64,000 nucleotides of DNA, taken from NCBI GenBank assembly GCA_024704765.1, contig JAKMXF010000345.1, forward strand, positions 62,001 to 126,000, read 5' to 3'. Made by a program: the position numbers and the translations under genes. The notes below the pieces were generated by a model that made no database searches, had not been told where the DNA came from, and saw only the letters and a program-made list of their open reading frames with translations. The number at the start of each line of letters is the position of its first letter. The first letter of the stretch is position 1. The DNA is from Oopsacas minuta. Lineage: Eukaryota; Animalia; Porifera. Of this stretch, positions 35,032-46,380 are shown piece after piece.

Positions 35032-36921
35032 ATGATATCAAGCGATGTGAAAGAAGGTTATGAAAAATGGAAGGCGATAAAATTCGCAGATGTCAAACAA
35101 ACATTACAAGCTAAATGCAATGAAGTTGCGAATCTCCAAGAGGAAAGTGAAGCATCGCGAAAAAGGTTAATTGAAATGAGTCGCGAATTTAAACGCACAA
35201 CTGACGAATCTGTTCGAAACCAAGTTGCTCCTCTTATGAAATACTTTCAAAAAGAAATAGATTCACTGTTACATCGAAGTAAAACTGGTGAAAGTTGTTT
35301 ATTGGAATTATTACAAAATTTTGTGCCATTACCATCGCCGGATAAACTCATTTCTGCGCTTTTTCACACGATTGATGCTTTGAAAGAGGATGTTAAAACC
35401 CGCGATCGAACTATTTTGCAGTTGAAAGTGAAAACTGAAGAACTTGAAGATTTAAATTCAAAAGCTTTCACGCAACGATGGGAAGAACGCGAAAATAATT
35501 TACGTTTCGAGGTCGCGGAAAATGAAAATATTTTGAAAGACGAAATTTTGCTTCATCAAAATGAAATTTCAAAATTGAAAGAGACAATTGAAAAGATGAA
35601 TAATTCACGGGAACAAGCCGGACAAGAAATCATTGATTTACGAAACAAACATGAGTTGGAATTGACAGCCCGTGGCCAAGAAGTCGAACTCCTTTTGAAC
35701 GATCAAGAGAAACTCCAGAATCAACTTGGTAACGCCCTCGCGAAAAATGACGCTAGTCTAGACCATAATATCGCGTTTCAACCGCAAAATAAACTTGTCA
35801 GTGAGTTGGAACAAGATTTGATTTGCAAGGAAAATGAAATCGATTTATTAAGTAGGAAAATAATCGGAAATGAACAGTTATTATCTGACAATAATAAAAC
35901 ACATACAAATCAGATTTCTGATTTAAATACACAGATTTTACGTTTTAAAAACCGCGTTTTTGAGTTAGAAAACTTATTGAAAAACCAAGAAGATTATCAT
36001 GAGATTAAACAGGAATTGTCTACTTTGAAAATGATCGAATTTGGATCTTCCAAAGAAGACGAAGTTTCAAATTCCGCAGAAAAACTTTTAGCAACGAAAA
36101 ACAAACAATTACAAACACAATGCACAAAACTCAGAACTGAAAATGGCAGGTTAAATGATGAATCGCAGAATTTAGAACTCTCATTACAAAACGCCAACAC
36201 GAAAATTACCAAGTACGAAAAACAAATTGAACAGTTAGAACAGGATATTATTCGCCTACAACAACTTTTGCCACCCCGACCAGAAGTTGAGGGAATTTCC
36301 ACCCCAGCAAATACCGACCTATATCTAAGCTCAAACGATTTCCTCACTGAATTAGTTCAAAATCAACAAATTCAACAATCAACTTCAAACGAAAAGGACC
36401 ATGGATTAATTTCAATACTTTTAAGCCAACGTGAGCGATTGAAAGAGAAACATTTAGCCTTGCAACACGATTTTGATACAGTAAAACACCAATCAAATGA
36501 GTTACAAATCCGTATTTCTACTCTTGAACATGATAATATGCGGCTATACGAAAAAATTCGTTTTCTACAATCCTATCCTCATACGTCACAATCTCACATT
36601 TTACCAGATAAATCGTTACAACGATACTCACATGATTATGAATCGAAACTCGATCCATTTACTGCTTTTAATCGTAAAGAAATATTCTCGAGGTATTCGC
36701 GAATGCCTGGCACAGATCGCGCGATATTTAACATCGGCAAAGTTATCCTCTCGAATCGCATAACTCGACGTTTAGCGCTTTTCTATCTGCTAATAGTTCA
36801 CATACTTTTGTTTGTTGGTATTTACTTTTACACTACGTACGAAATGTGTCGAGTAAATGCTTATGCGGAATGTCTGCGGTCATTTGAAGAACATATGCAA
36901 GTACATCATTCAGCACAATAA
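35032..36921 (+). CDS. CUX1: Protein CASP (CUX1 golgin isoform / Coy1-like), 629 aa, uninterrupted CDS
   Basis: N-terminus ESEASRKRLIEMSREFKR..VAPLMKYFQKEID matches CASP/CUX1; long coiled coil; CASP C-terminal motif DNMRLYEKIRFLQSYP..YESKLDPFTAF; C-terminal transmembrane helix LALFYLLIVHILLFVGIYFY. No CUT or homeodomain. Confidence 0.9.
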   Translation: MISSDVKEGYEKWKAIKFADVKQTLQAKCNEVANLQEESEASRKRLIEMSREFKRTTDESVRNQVAPLMKYFQKEIDSLLHRSKTGESCLLELLQNFVPLPSPDKLISALFHTIDALKEDVKTRDRTILQLKVKTEELEDLNSKAFTQRWEERENNLRFEVAENENILKDEILLHQNEISKLKETIEKMNNSREQAGQEIIDLRNKHELELTARGQEVELLLNDQEKLQNQLGNALAKNDASLDHNIAFQPQNKLVSELEQDLICKENEIDLLSRKIIGNEQLLSDNNKTHTNQISDLNTQILRFKNRVFELENLLKNQEDYHEIKQELSTLKMIEFGSSKEDEVSNSAEKLLATKNKQLQTQCTKLRTENGRLNDESQNLELSLQNANTKITKYEKQIEQLEQDIIRLQQLLPPRPEVEGISTPANTDLYLSSNDFLTELVQNQQIQQSTSNEKDHGLISILLSQRERLKEKHLALQHDFDTVKHQSNELQIRISTLEHDNMRLYEKIRFLQSYPHTSQSHILPDKSLQRYSHDYESKLDPFTAFNRKEIFSRYSRMPGTDRAIFNIGKVILSNRITRRLALFYLLIVHILLFVGIYFYTTYEMCRVNAYAECLRSFEEHMQVHHSAQ

Positions 36922-37700
36922 GTATAAGAATTATATACATTTGTGTGTGAATTTATTTGTCTCTATAAATACTTGTATTGTGTGTGTGTGTTTGTGTGGT
37001 GTTCTGATTATAAAATTAAATACTTTATATGTAGCAAAGTATATGGTTGAGTCCGTGATTGGCCAAGTTTTTCGGTCCCAGACCCTCATCGAAAAGTTGT
37101 CAGTACAGTGTGACCTTACCAACGGGCTGGCAAGGACGTGAATATGCTACCCCGTTTCCCGTTTGTGGAAGTTCAAAATTCAGCAATATAGAGAATCTAC
37201 TATCTCTATATACTTACTAATAATGATAAAGATCTGATGACGTCACAAGTTAAGTCATTGAATATTGAGATTTATAAAATATCAAATATTCTTATATTGA
37301 CAATTAACTCAAATGGAGAATTAAGGGCTGAACGTGCAGAATATTTGTCAAATTCGTTTAATTACTGATGCATCGCTAAAACGGAAACTCACTGACGTGA
37401 AATGACGCGAAATATGGGAACCTCTATAAGTGGGGAATTCAACCGCTGGCCTATAGCTTAGAAGTACGTAATAGATTTGACTCCGCTTACACGAAATGAA
37501 TCCGGTGTCCCGAGCATCAGCACTTCGTTATAACGAGAGTTTACTGTATTATGTTTAATTGAAATCTATTCCATAAGGACAGTGTCTAATAATATTTGAG
37601 ATATATTTAGACACACATTATATACACACAATATGTATAAGTCACTGTATATAGTTCTATATTATCATAGTACTAGCTTTATACTGAAATATATGTGAAA

Positions 37701-38980
37701 ATGGCAACTGCATTGATACATGAAATTCCAGCCTCTGGACCTGATAGCTTGATGCCTGTCAGCAACAAGCTACAGGACAGAATGAATATACTGAGAGACA
37801 TGATTGACAGCAAGAAGACACTTGTGAGGAATGTTGGTGAGGAAATGAAACAGCTGATAGAACAGAAGACACAACTGATTCTCAGGGAACTGGAAGCAAT
37901 CTGGGATGAAGCTAACCAACGAATGAATCAGAAAAAAGATGAAATCCACAAAAAGATTGGAGAGTTAAACAAACACAGAGCAGAGATGGGGAAGATCTTC
38001 AAAGATTTGAATGAAATTCCCTGTTTCGACCAAATCAATGAATCTATAGAATCCGTAAAAAGAGGAATTAATATTGATATTCCTTACGTGAACTTGAAAT
38101 GGAAAATTAATGAGTTGAGGGAGAGTATCGACACACTGTGTACATGTGAACAGAGAATTGTGAAGTTTGAAGAAGATATTCATATTTCCCTGAAGTCAAG
38201 TTTTGGTGACGAAGGCAAGCTAAATGAACAGATATGTATTCCATATGGTGTAGCAATAGATTCTATCAATGATAGAATATATGTAGCTGTTGGGAGTCTA
38301 ACAGAGTTCAGATATTCTCTGTAAATGGAGGATGGATTCAATCTCTAGAAGATGATGATATTGTTCATCCAAAGAAAATTCTCATTCTATCTGACTCCAT
38401 CTTTGTACAATGCTTTAAGAGAATATGTAAATTCAACAAATCAACCTTTGAGAAAGAATCTTACAAATATCTTGGCTATTCTCTATCAGGAATCTGTACA
38501 GATAATACTTATATCTTTGTGGGTAAATGGAAGAATATACAGCTAACAGTCCTAACACCTGAATTGATAAAAGAAAGGAGAATAACTCTAAACACTCAAT
38601 TCAATGGGGAAGATACTCGATTACAAGATATATCACTAGCTAGAAATGTATTCTACATAGCTCTTACTAACACAGATTATCCTATACAAGCATTCTCTAA
38701 ACAAGGCACAATACTTCGATGTGTTGTACACAAAGACTTGTTGGTTAAGGTTTGGCGTTTCTGTCTTGATCAACAATACAACTTACTCGTAGCTGATAGA
38801 GGAAATTCTGAAGTCAAAATATTCTCAAATGAAGGTAAACTGATTACTAAATTCGGTAAAGAAGGATCAGCTCCAGGAGAAATCACTGGGCTAGCGGGAA
38901 TAGCAGTAGATGACTTATGTTCTGTTGTAACAGTAGATGAGAAGCAACATAACATGATACAAGTCTTCTCACCTCTCTGA
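37701..38980 (+). pseudogene. Coiled-coil + NHL-repeat gene with a single -1 frameshift (pseudogene or sequence error); 426 aa if repaired
   Basis: ORF 37701-38324 and a second frame open from 38297 to TGA 38978-38980. Adding one A after 38289 gives gct gat tgg gag tct aac aga (IYVADWESNRVQIF), restoring the NHL motif; later NHL motifs VADRGNSEVKIF and FGKEGSAPGEITGLAGIAVD. Confidence 0.75.
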
Positions 38981-39185
38981 GTCTCTCTCTTATTCTTACT
39001 TTTTATGTTTTCATTTGTTTACTTAGAATTAGCCCAAATGTAGTTTCCTCTGTTCTTATTTGAAAAATTTATATTCCAAGTTGTAATGAGAGATAATTAT
39101 TCATATTCTACAACGAGCTTACTAATTTACTGCCATTATACTACCTATAGATTGATTAGTCATCGAAACTTATAGGGTGGTTTGG

Positions 39186-39222
39186 CATGACGTCATCTTT
39201 GCCCACAAAGCCTCAGGAGCTT
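39186..39222 (+). promoter_or_regulatory. CRE-containing 37-bp motif upstream of PREP, shared with 9031-9067
   Basis: catgacgtcatctttgcccacaaagcctcaggagctt vs catgacgtcatctttgtccacccagtttcaggagctt (32/37). Confidence 0.4.
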
Positions 39223-39525
39223 TTAAAATTCGGGCCTACCTGTAATTTTGGAGAGCTCCTTGTTGACTTTGTAATATTTTCTTCGTAAGTTCCATATGCT
39301 TTTGCCAAACTGATTCCCATATATGGTATGAACTGTGAATCTGGATTAGTGTAGATACCGGTTATAAGAACCTCCTTGGGAGTAGTAATACATGTTCTTA
39401 TAACCGACATTTATTATACAGGAAGATATGAGAACCGTTTTCCACAGGTGCTTAATACCGGGTATATTCTTATAACCGAAATCCAATGTATTATCCTATT
39501 CGCATACTAATTAGCTATATTTGAA

Positions 39526-42500
39526 ATGTTTTCCCTCTTTTGGGCGCTTTATAACACGAAATATGAACCAAGAAGGGACACCAAATCCATCGAGTACAAA
39601 TTTAATCGTATCTTATCTGATCCTTATCGTTGGCTTGAAGATCCAGATTCCCCGGAAACACAATGCTTTGTTCATGAAATGAATAAGATTTCAAAACCGT
39701 ATCTTGAGAAATTACTTCTCAAAGATAGTTTTAAAACTCGTTTCACTGAGCTGTATAATTACGGTAAATACGGCTGTCCATTTAGGAGAGGTGATTTCTA
39801 TTATTATTTCTATAATACTGGCTTACAAAACCAATCTGTGGTATACCAACAAAATGACGTCAAGGGAGATAGTACAGTTTTCATTGACCCGAACGGTTTT
39901 TCAAAGGATGGTACTATTGCGTTAGGAGGCATTGGCTTCTCAAAGGATGGAAGTAAATTCGCGTATTCAGTGAGTGAATCTGGTTCAGATTGGCAAGTTA
40001 TTAAGATAATGGATGTAGCAACAAAAGAAATGTATGGTGAAGAATTGGCTAGAGTAAAATTTTCAGGTGAATATAGCCAGCTCCCGTTTACGTAGATTTC
40101 GAAATACCCGCTTATATCGGAGTCTGTAATTGTACTTGTACTTATTTCATCCTTGGTTTTAACCTTAATTTCCTACAGGTATAATTTGGACACATGATCA
40201 TAAAGGCTTTTTCTACTGCCAATACCCACAGAATAAAGATGCAATAGGCACCAGTACTGAGACGAATAAAAACATGAAACTATACTATCACTACTTGAAT
40301 ACACCCCAGGATAAGGATATTCTTTGTCTTGATTTTCCTGATCAGGAGAAATGGTTTATAGGAGCGTATATTAGTCATGATGGTAGATATTTGCTAATTA
40401 GCATACACGAAGGGACAAATCCAAATAGCCAAGTGTTCTATGTTGATTTGGAGCTGTTACCAGATGGTAAGGTTACGGGAAGATTGAATTATGTGAAATT
40501 AATTGATAACTTTGATGCTATGTACGATTACGTCACGAATGATGGAAGAGATTTTACCTTTTTGACGACCTATAAGGCTCCAATGCAGAAGCTTATAAGG
40601 TTTGTTTACTACGAATAATTGACACTGCTATCATTTGTTGACCATGACCACCAAATTGGGATCGTACCTTAGAAGTCATTTCTCCCATCATATTGATTTG
40701 GGCCTAATTTAATAGCAGGTTACTTTCACACCTTCACATTCTCTCTTTCAGGGTCCATGGTTCATATTTGATTCGCCATTGAATAGGGAAAGTTTTCATT
40801 GCAATTATTACCTCATAAGCAGAGCCTCTATTGTCTTTTACAGCAAAACTTACGCTTATCAAACTCGGATATATCGAAATGCCCGCATATACTTAATTCT
40901 GAAATTGTCCAAATATGGTCCCGAACAGTCTTATTTCATCGGTCATATCGAAGTAATTATCACGGTCCCTTGAGCTTTGGTATAATGGTAGTTCACTGTA
41001 CGTCTTATTTAAATGTAAATTGATTGATTGAAAGGCATTGAAAGTGATTGTTATGTACGCTTGTTAATATTACGTATTGTTTCTTAATAGAATCAATATA
41101 GACAATCCACAGCCAGATAACTGGATAACACTAATACCAGAAGATGATAAAGATCTATTAGACTGTGTTATCTGTAGTGCTGATACAAAACTGGTAGTAC
41201 ATTATCTACGTCATGCTAGATCTGTGTTGTATATACATGATCTTAATACTGGTGAGTTTTAGTTACGTAATTCATTAATTGACTCTATGTTGGCTAAGTT
41301 AGTGAAGAGTGGTGAGGAATTCGAATCGATTACAATTACATTCGATTTCAATTTTAGATTTTCTAGAAACGTTTATTTATGATAAATGTAATCATGATTA
41401 CAAATATGATTACAGGAAATTTTGTAATCGTAATCACCCTAACCCTATTTCCAATTCCTGAATGGAGTAAAATTATCCGTTCCATCCCGTGAATTATGTA
41501 AAACAACACAATTTCCATCAATATTTTCACTCTGTAGGTGACCGTCTGAGTGAAATACAATTGCCAGACTGTGTATCAATTGACAGCATAACTGGTCGTA
41601 GAGAAGATAACGTCATATACTACAAATTCTCATCATTTCTGACTCCCGGCAAAATATTCAGTCTAGATTTAACAGAGTTGAATTTAACTCCTGTGCTCTT
41701 TCGCGAGTTAAAAGTCACAGGTTTTGATGAAACCCAATTCGAGGCGAAACAAGTTTTCTATGAAAGTGAAAAGGATCGAACACGCATACCAATGTTTATC
41801 ATCCATAAAAAAGGCTTGGTTTTAGACGGAAATAATCCAACATTGCTCTACGGATATGGCGGATTTAATATAAGTTTGACGCCTTATTTTAGTCCTAGTA
41901 GAGTTGTATGGATGCAGAATATGGGTGGAGTATTTGCACTGCCGAATATAAGAGGAGGTGGTGAGTACGGGGAAAATTGGCACAAGTCTGGTAATCTTGA
42001 AAATAAACAGAATGTCTTTGATGATTTTATATCTGCAGCACAATATTTGATTTGTCATAGGTAAGTTTATGAAGCTGAGCCGTATCAGGAGCGGATCCAG
42101 GGTCGTTCAAAGGGAGATGAGTTTGATCGTTACGAGCACATTAGGGGGTCTGTTTTCACATGATTGTACAGTTGATAAAATAAGATATCGTCCGTCGTTC
42201 CATTTCCGATGAAGTTCCGGATGAGAACGAATACTTACCCCATAGATCCGTCCCTGCTATTGGGCAACTTTGTCTCCTTTGCTCAGCTTCACAAGTCGAG
42301 TAATTATGTATGCTACTTCCTAATAGTTACACTTCTCCTGATAAACTATGCGTTTCTGGTGGCTCTAACGGAGGTCTCCTTGTAGCTGTATGTGCTAATC
42401 AAAGACCTGAATTATTCAAGTGCATACACTGTGCTGTTGGAGTATTGGATATGTTGAGGTTCCACAAATTCACTATTGGTTTGTAACTATATATATATAT

Positions 42501-44213
42501 ATTTCCTTTAGGCGTGTTCAAACCTTAAGTAGCGCAAAATTCACGAAATTTGACAAAAGAAGAAAACGGGGTAGTATTTTTCGGTGTTCCTGGCATCATG
42601 TTTCACTGAGGGAAACCTTTGTACGGCCAAATAGCCCTTGTATTATTAAAGCAGATTACTATATGAATAAATACAAAATAAAAAGTATTTTATTTCAGCT
42701 ACGGCCATACCATGTTGGCAACACCAGTTCTCGTCCGATCACTGAAGTTAAGCAACATTGGGCCAGGATAGTACCACGATCGGAGACGGCGCGGGAACAC
42801 CTGGTGCTGTAGCTTTTTGTTCGTGGGTAGTTTAGGAAAATTTTGTAAATTATTTCACTAAAATACATTTTTGCAGAATTGTTTACTAGTTACAAACTTT
42901 TTGTTAGTATATTTTTATTAAGCACTAATTGGATAACCTTATCTCGGTTCCCTAAGGATATTAAGTTTTTGTCCTCTACTGCTACTAAACTATGGATACA
43001 TTCACTCACTGCTTTATAAATTTCATTACCATCTCAAATTCCTTATATGATTAATTACCGTAAACTCCCGTTATAACAAATTATTCTTAGCCCCCTATAG
43101 CTTAAAAGTAATTGCTTTTACTCGCTTATAACGCAATGAAACCGGGTTCTGAGCACTTCGTTATAACGAGAGTTATCTGTATTTGAATTAGTCGAAAATT
43201 CCTTACATTTCTTGTTAATAATTTTCTCTTTTCATCGATTATACAGGACATGCCTGGATAGCAGATTACGGAGACCCAGACAAAGAAGATGAGTTTGATT
43301 ACATTCATAAGTATTCTCCGTTGCATAATATCCCTGATATTATTGAGAAAATGGATCATGGACGTACTATGCCTCTTCAGTATCCTTCTATGCTATTGAC
43401 TACGGGGGATCATGATGATAGAGTATCTCCGCTGCATTCGTTGAAGTTCTATGCTGAATTGAATCATAAATTGAGAAGGTTGCATATAGTTCAATTATAT
43501 AGAAAATTTGAAGGGGGAATTGAGTCGTGTTTTCGCTCTACATGATCCCTATACTTATATGTACCATGTCAATTTATGTACAGTGAAACCTCAACCTACG
43601 GGGAACTCCTGGAAACGATGGAAACTGAGTGAAAAATACATAAAGAGAATTCATAATCCCATACAAATTCACTCCACAAACAGGGAAACGAGCCCTTGAC
43701 CTCTATAACAATGCTCGATGCTAATTTTTGTTTGTAAATGTTCATAAATAATAAGGAAAATACATGAATTATTGTACGAGCGGGAGAAATGATAAATATG
43801 TAGTATAACTTCCACAAACGGTTTGCTAGGGACGCCCCAAAGCTTCCACGTTTGTGGAGGTTCATATGTATGGGACTAGGAATTCACTCAATGCAGTGTA
43901 ACCTCGTTAATACGAACACGAACAGATGGTCACAGTTTGTCCTCCTTATCTGGAAAAAGAGTTTCTACTGTATATTTTTCATGCGTTTCAAGGAGTTCCC
44001 CGATTCCAGAGGCCCCGTTTGTGGAGGTTACACAGAATACTAATATTACGTTTTCCCTCTAGTCTCCCTCAACAGAAAAATCCTATATTAATCCGCATAG
44101 AGACTAAAGCAGGTCATGGATTCGGTAAACCTACAGAGAAGGTTATACAAGAATATACAGAAGTATTTTCATTCATTGGAGAACAATTGAATGTTGTTTG
44201 GAGCAATAATTGA
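39526..44213 (+). CDS. PREP: Prolyl endopeptidase (S9A), 726 aa
   Basis: 7 GT-AG exons 39526-40066, 40179-40599, 41091-41251, 41538-42060, 42327-42478, 43247-43478, 44063-44213 (2181 nt, in frame). [25 protein letters not shown]; catalytic triad GGSNGG, DHDDRV, AGHG intact. Start codon choice slightly uncertain. Confidence 0.95.
42697..42815 (+). rRNA. RNA5S: 5S rRNA gene (single copy, inside PREP intron 42479-43246)
   Basis: agctacggccatacc..ctcgtccgatcactgaagttaagc..gggccaggatagta..gggaacacctggtgctgtagct followed by a T5 Pol III terminator (42814-42818). Helix I AGCUACGGC/GCUGUAGCU and helices II-V all pair. Confidence 0.92.
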
Positions 44214-44283
44214 TAATTTCGTATAGGATTTGTGTATTATTGTATTATCGAGTAATTATAGAGGGTGTGTTTATAGAAATACC

Positions 44284-44579
44284 GAGAGCATTAAGCCCTC
44301 CCGCCCTGAAAAGGAGCGGCGCTCCCACCTCCGCTCCTTACTTTGAAAAGGAGTGCGCTCCTGCTCCCGCTCCAGGGAAGAAAGGAGCACGCTCCAATCG
44401 CGCTCCTTTTCATTCTTTCAGATTTACATTAGATTTGTATTTTAAGTATTCAGGATTAGATTTAATTGTACATTTTGGGAAATTTCTAAATTTGCAACGT
44501 CAAACCATTTCAATAATTGTACTAAAGTGTGCTCCAGGTCCGGCTCCTCAAAATAGGAGCGTGCTCCTTTAATGCTCTG
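44284..44579. mobile_element. hAT-like MITE with repeated palindromic GGAGC(n)GCTCC subterminal motifs
   Basis: Termini agagcattaa / ttaatgctct; motifs at 44313-44325, 44350-44361, 44384-44395, 44556-44567; possible TSD only 5/8. Confidence 0.55.
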
Positions 44580-45050
44580 CATAAACCACAATATCTTGAG
44601 AAATGTTTTGCAGCTTCAGGACCAGATTTTGCCCCCGGTCTAACTTCCGTCGTCCGAACAAGAAAGGTCTCGAAAGCCCCAAGTACATGCTTACCAATCC
44701 CTTTTGCAAATTTCCCCCTATTCCACTCAAAAATATACCGACATATATAGCAAAAAAAGATGGAAATATTTTCGTGGGATTCGTGGAAAATCTCTCGATT
44801 TCATCGTGTCACACACGCGTACACGACGAGATTGTGAGAGTTGAGAGCCTAGCGTGTATGGACGTTCATTTGTATGGGACTATGAATTTGGTCTATTCAT
44901 ATTCACTCTGTTCCCAGAAGTTCCCCCGTTTCCACAATCCGTTTTGTGGAGGTTACATTGTATGGTGCTTCGCGTAATTCCCTGAATAAGTGCATATATT
45001 TCATGCAAACTTAACTACAGCGTTTATTCAGGGAAACAAACTAATACACA

Positions 45051-45070
45051 CCAATCAACGCATGACGTCA
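45051..45070 (+). promoter_or_regulatory. Candidate USP9 promoter element: CCAAT box next to a perfect CRE
   Basis: ccaatcaacgcatgacgtca about 1.3 kb upstream of ATG 46381, in the intergenic gap after PREP; function is inferred. Confidence 0.35.
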
Positions 45071-46123
45071 CTCCATTATTCAACACGTTAATTGCAACGT
45101 ACTGTTCTTATAATAGAATTCTATTTTTATAAATATCTCTAATCAAAATGTAATTTGATAATTCTAATCTAAGATTGATTTTATCGACAGTTTGTCAGTT
45201 TATATACATATTATATTAATGATAAATATGATGCATTTAGGTCAGTTAATTATATGAATATTCTGCTCATAAGATGTTCATCTGAGCATCAGCGTACAGG
45301 CAAATTTGCACTTCGTGAACACCTTATCAACACAACATTAGGCCATTCAATTGTTGTCTATGTCGCGATTATTGCCAGGGATCTACTATTCTAGGAAACC
45401 AGTATATTCCCAAGTTTCCCATCCTCTCTATATCCATAATTACATAGAATGATTAATTACAAATCCCCACGCAATTTGATATTGAGATACCTCAATACTA
45501 GAATATGTGATCCTTATAAGGTCAAATTATTGTATAACAACACAATTCTCTATAGGGATATATTGGGTTTTCAGAAATTCATAATTTCTTATATTGAACT
45601 TGTAAGATTTGTGCTAGCATGACAATAGGTGTTGACAATTGGAATGTATTACTTGTTTGAATTATGGAATAGTTTTCTGGCAGGTGAATCTGACAATTGA
45701 TAAATGATGAAGTCAGAAGGATCGTTGATTATAACCAAGGGTCTATCGAAATTTGTGTTTGAAAAATGTTGAAAGTTTCACAGGCAATTGCATACAAAAA
45801 TCAGTGTATTGTTCTTATAATATTCACATACTATAGTGTAACTTACATAATCCGTCACTCGTATGGACATGAAAATTGTGTCGGCGATTTTATTGTCGAT
45901 GAAAGCTATTTCAGATCAGGGACACTGTGTGATAATAGAGGTCATCCGGATTATACGGATGTCGGTTTATGCAGGTTCCACTGCACATTCAATTCTCGTT
46001 ATGTCAAACCTCGGAGATCACGATTTCTCTCTTTTGTTATAAGTTATATGAGCTAGTTCGCTATCATATTTACCACGGTTAAATCTGCTTAATTCGCTAG
46101 TTAATGGGGCTGGAACAAAACTA

Positions 46124-46291
46124 CAGTCAACTCCCGTTATATCGAAGCTCAAGGAACCGCAATAATTACTTCGATATAACCGATGGAATATATATTACTC
46201 TGAAGGTTTGGGAACATATTTGTACAATTTAAGTCTTCGATATAAGCGGGTATTTCAAAATATCCGTGTTCGATATAACAGGAGTTTACTG
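46124..46291. mobile_element. MITE family A (Tc1/pogo-type, about 170 bp), reference copy
   Basis: TA|cagtcaactcccgttatatcgaa ... ttcgatataacaggagtttactg|TA; core catatttgtacaattt. Other copies (approximate): 205-341, 1085-1210, 6414-6573, 9976-10123, 12935-13075, 17235-17380, 22434-22580, 26154-26300, 29785-30120, 34863-34995, 40850-40998, 47492-47641, 49860-50138, 54021-54171, 54563-54698, 56880-57036, 58243-58369. Confidence 0.85.
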
Positions 46292-46380
46292 TATCATTAC
46301 ATTCTTTAGCATATCATTGACAATATTTGTAATTCTATGATTAGCTTATGAATGCATATATCGATAATATATACACTTGA

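Noticed and set aside
40067-40178. Short PREP intron largely made of a MITE remnant (introner hypothesis)
   Set aside because: Splice sites are not supplied by MITE termini here or in other introns; MITEs look like later insertions into existing introns.
41435-41450. ccctaaccct telomere-like sequence
   Set aside because: Under two units; it sits at the end of a gtaatc/gattac-rich hAT-like remnant.
44210-44572. 120-aa Pro/Ala-rich ORF after PREP
   Set aside because: It is a translation of the GGAGC/GCTCC repeat element.
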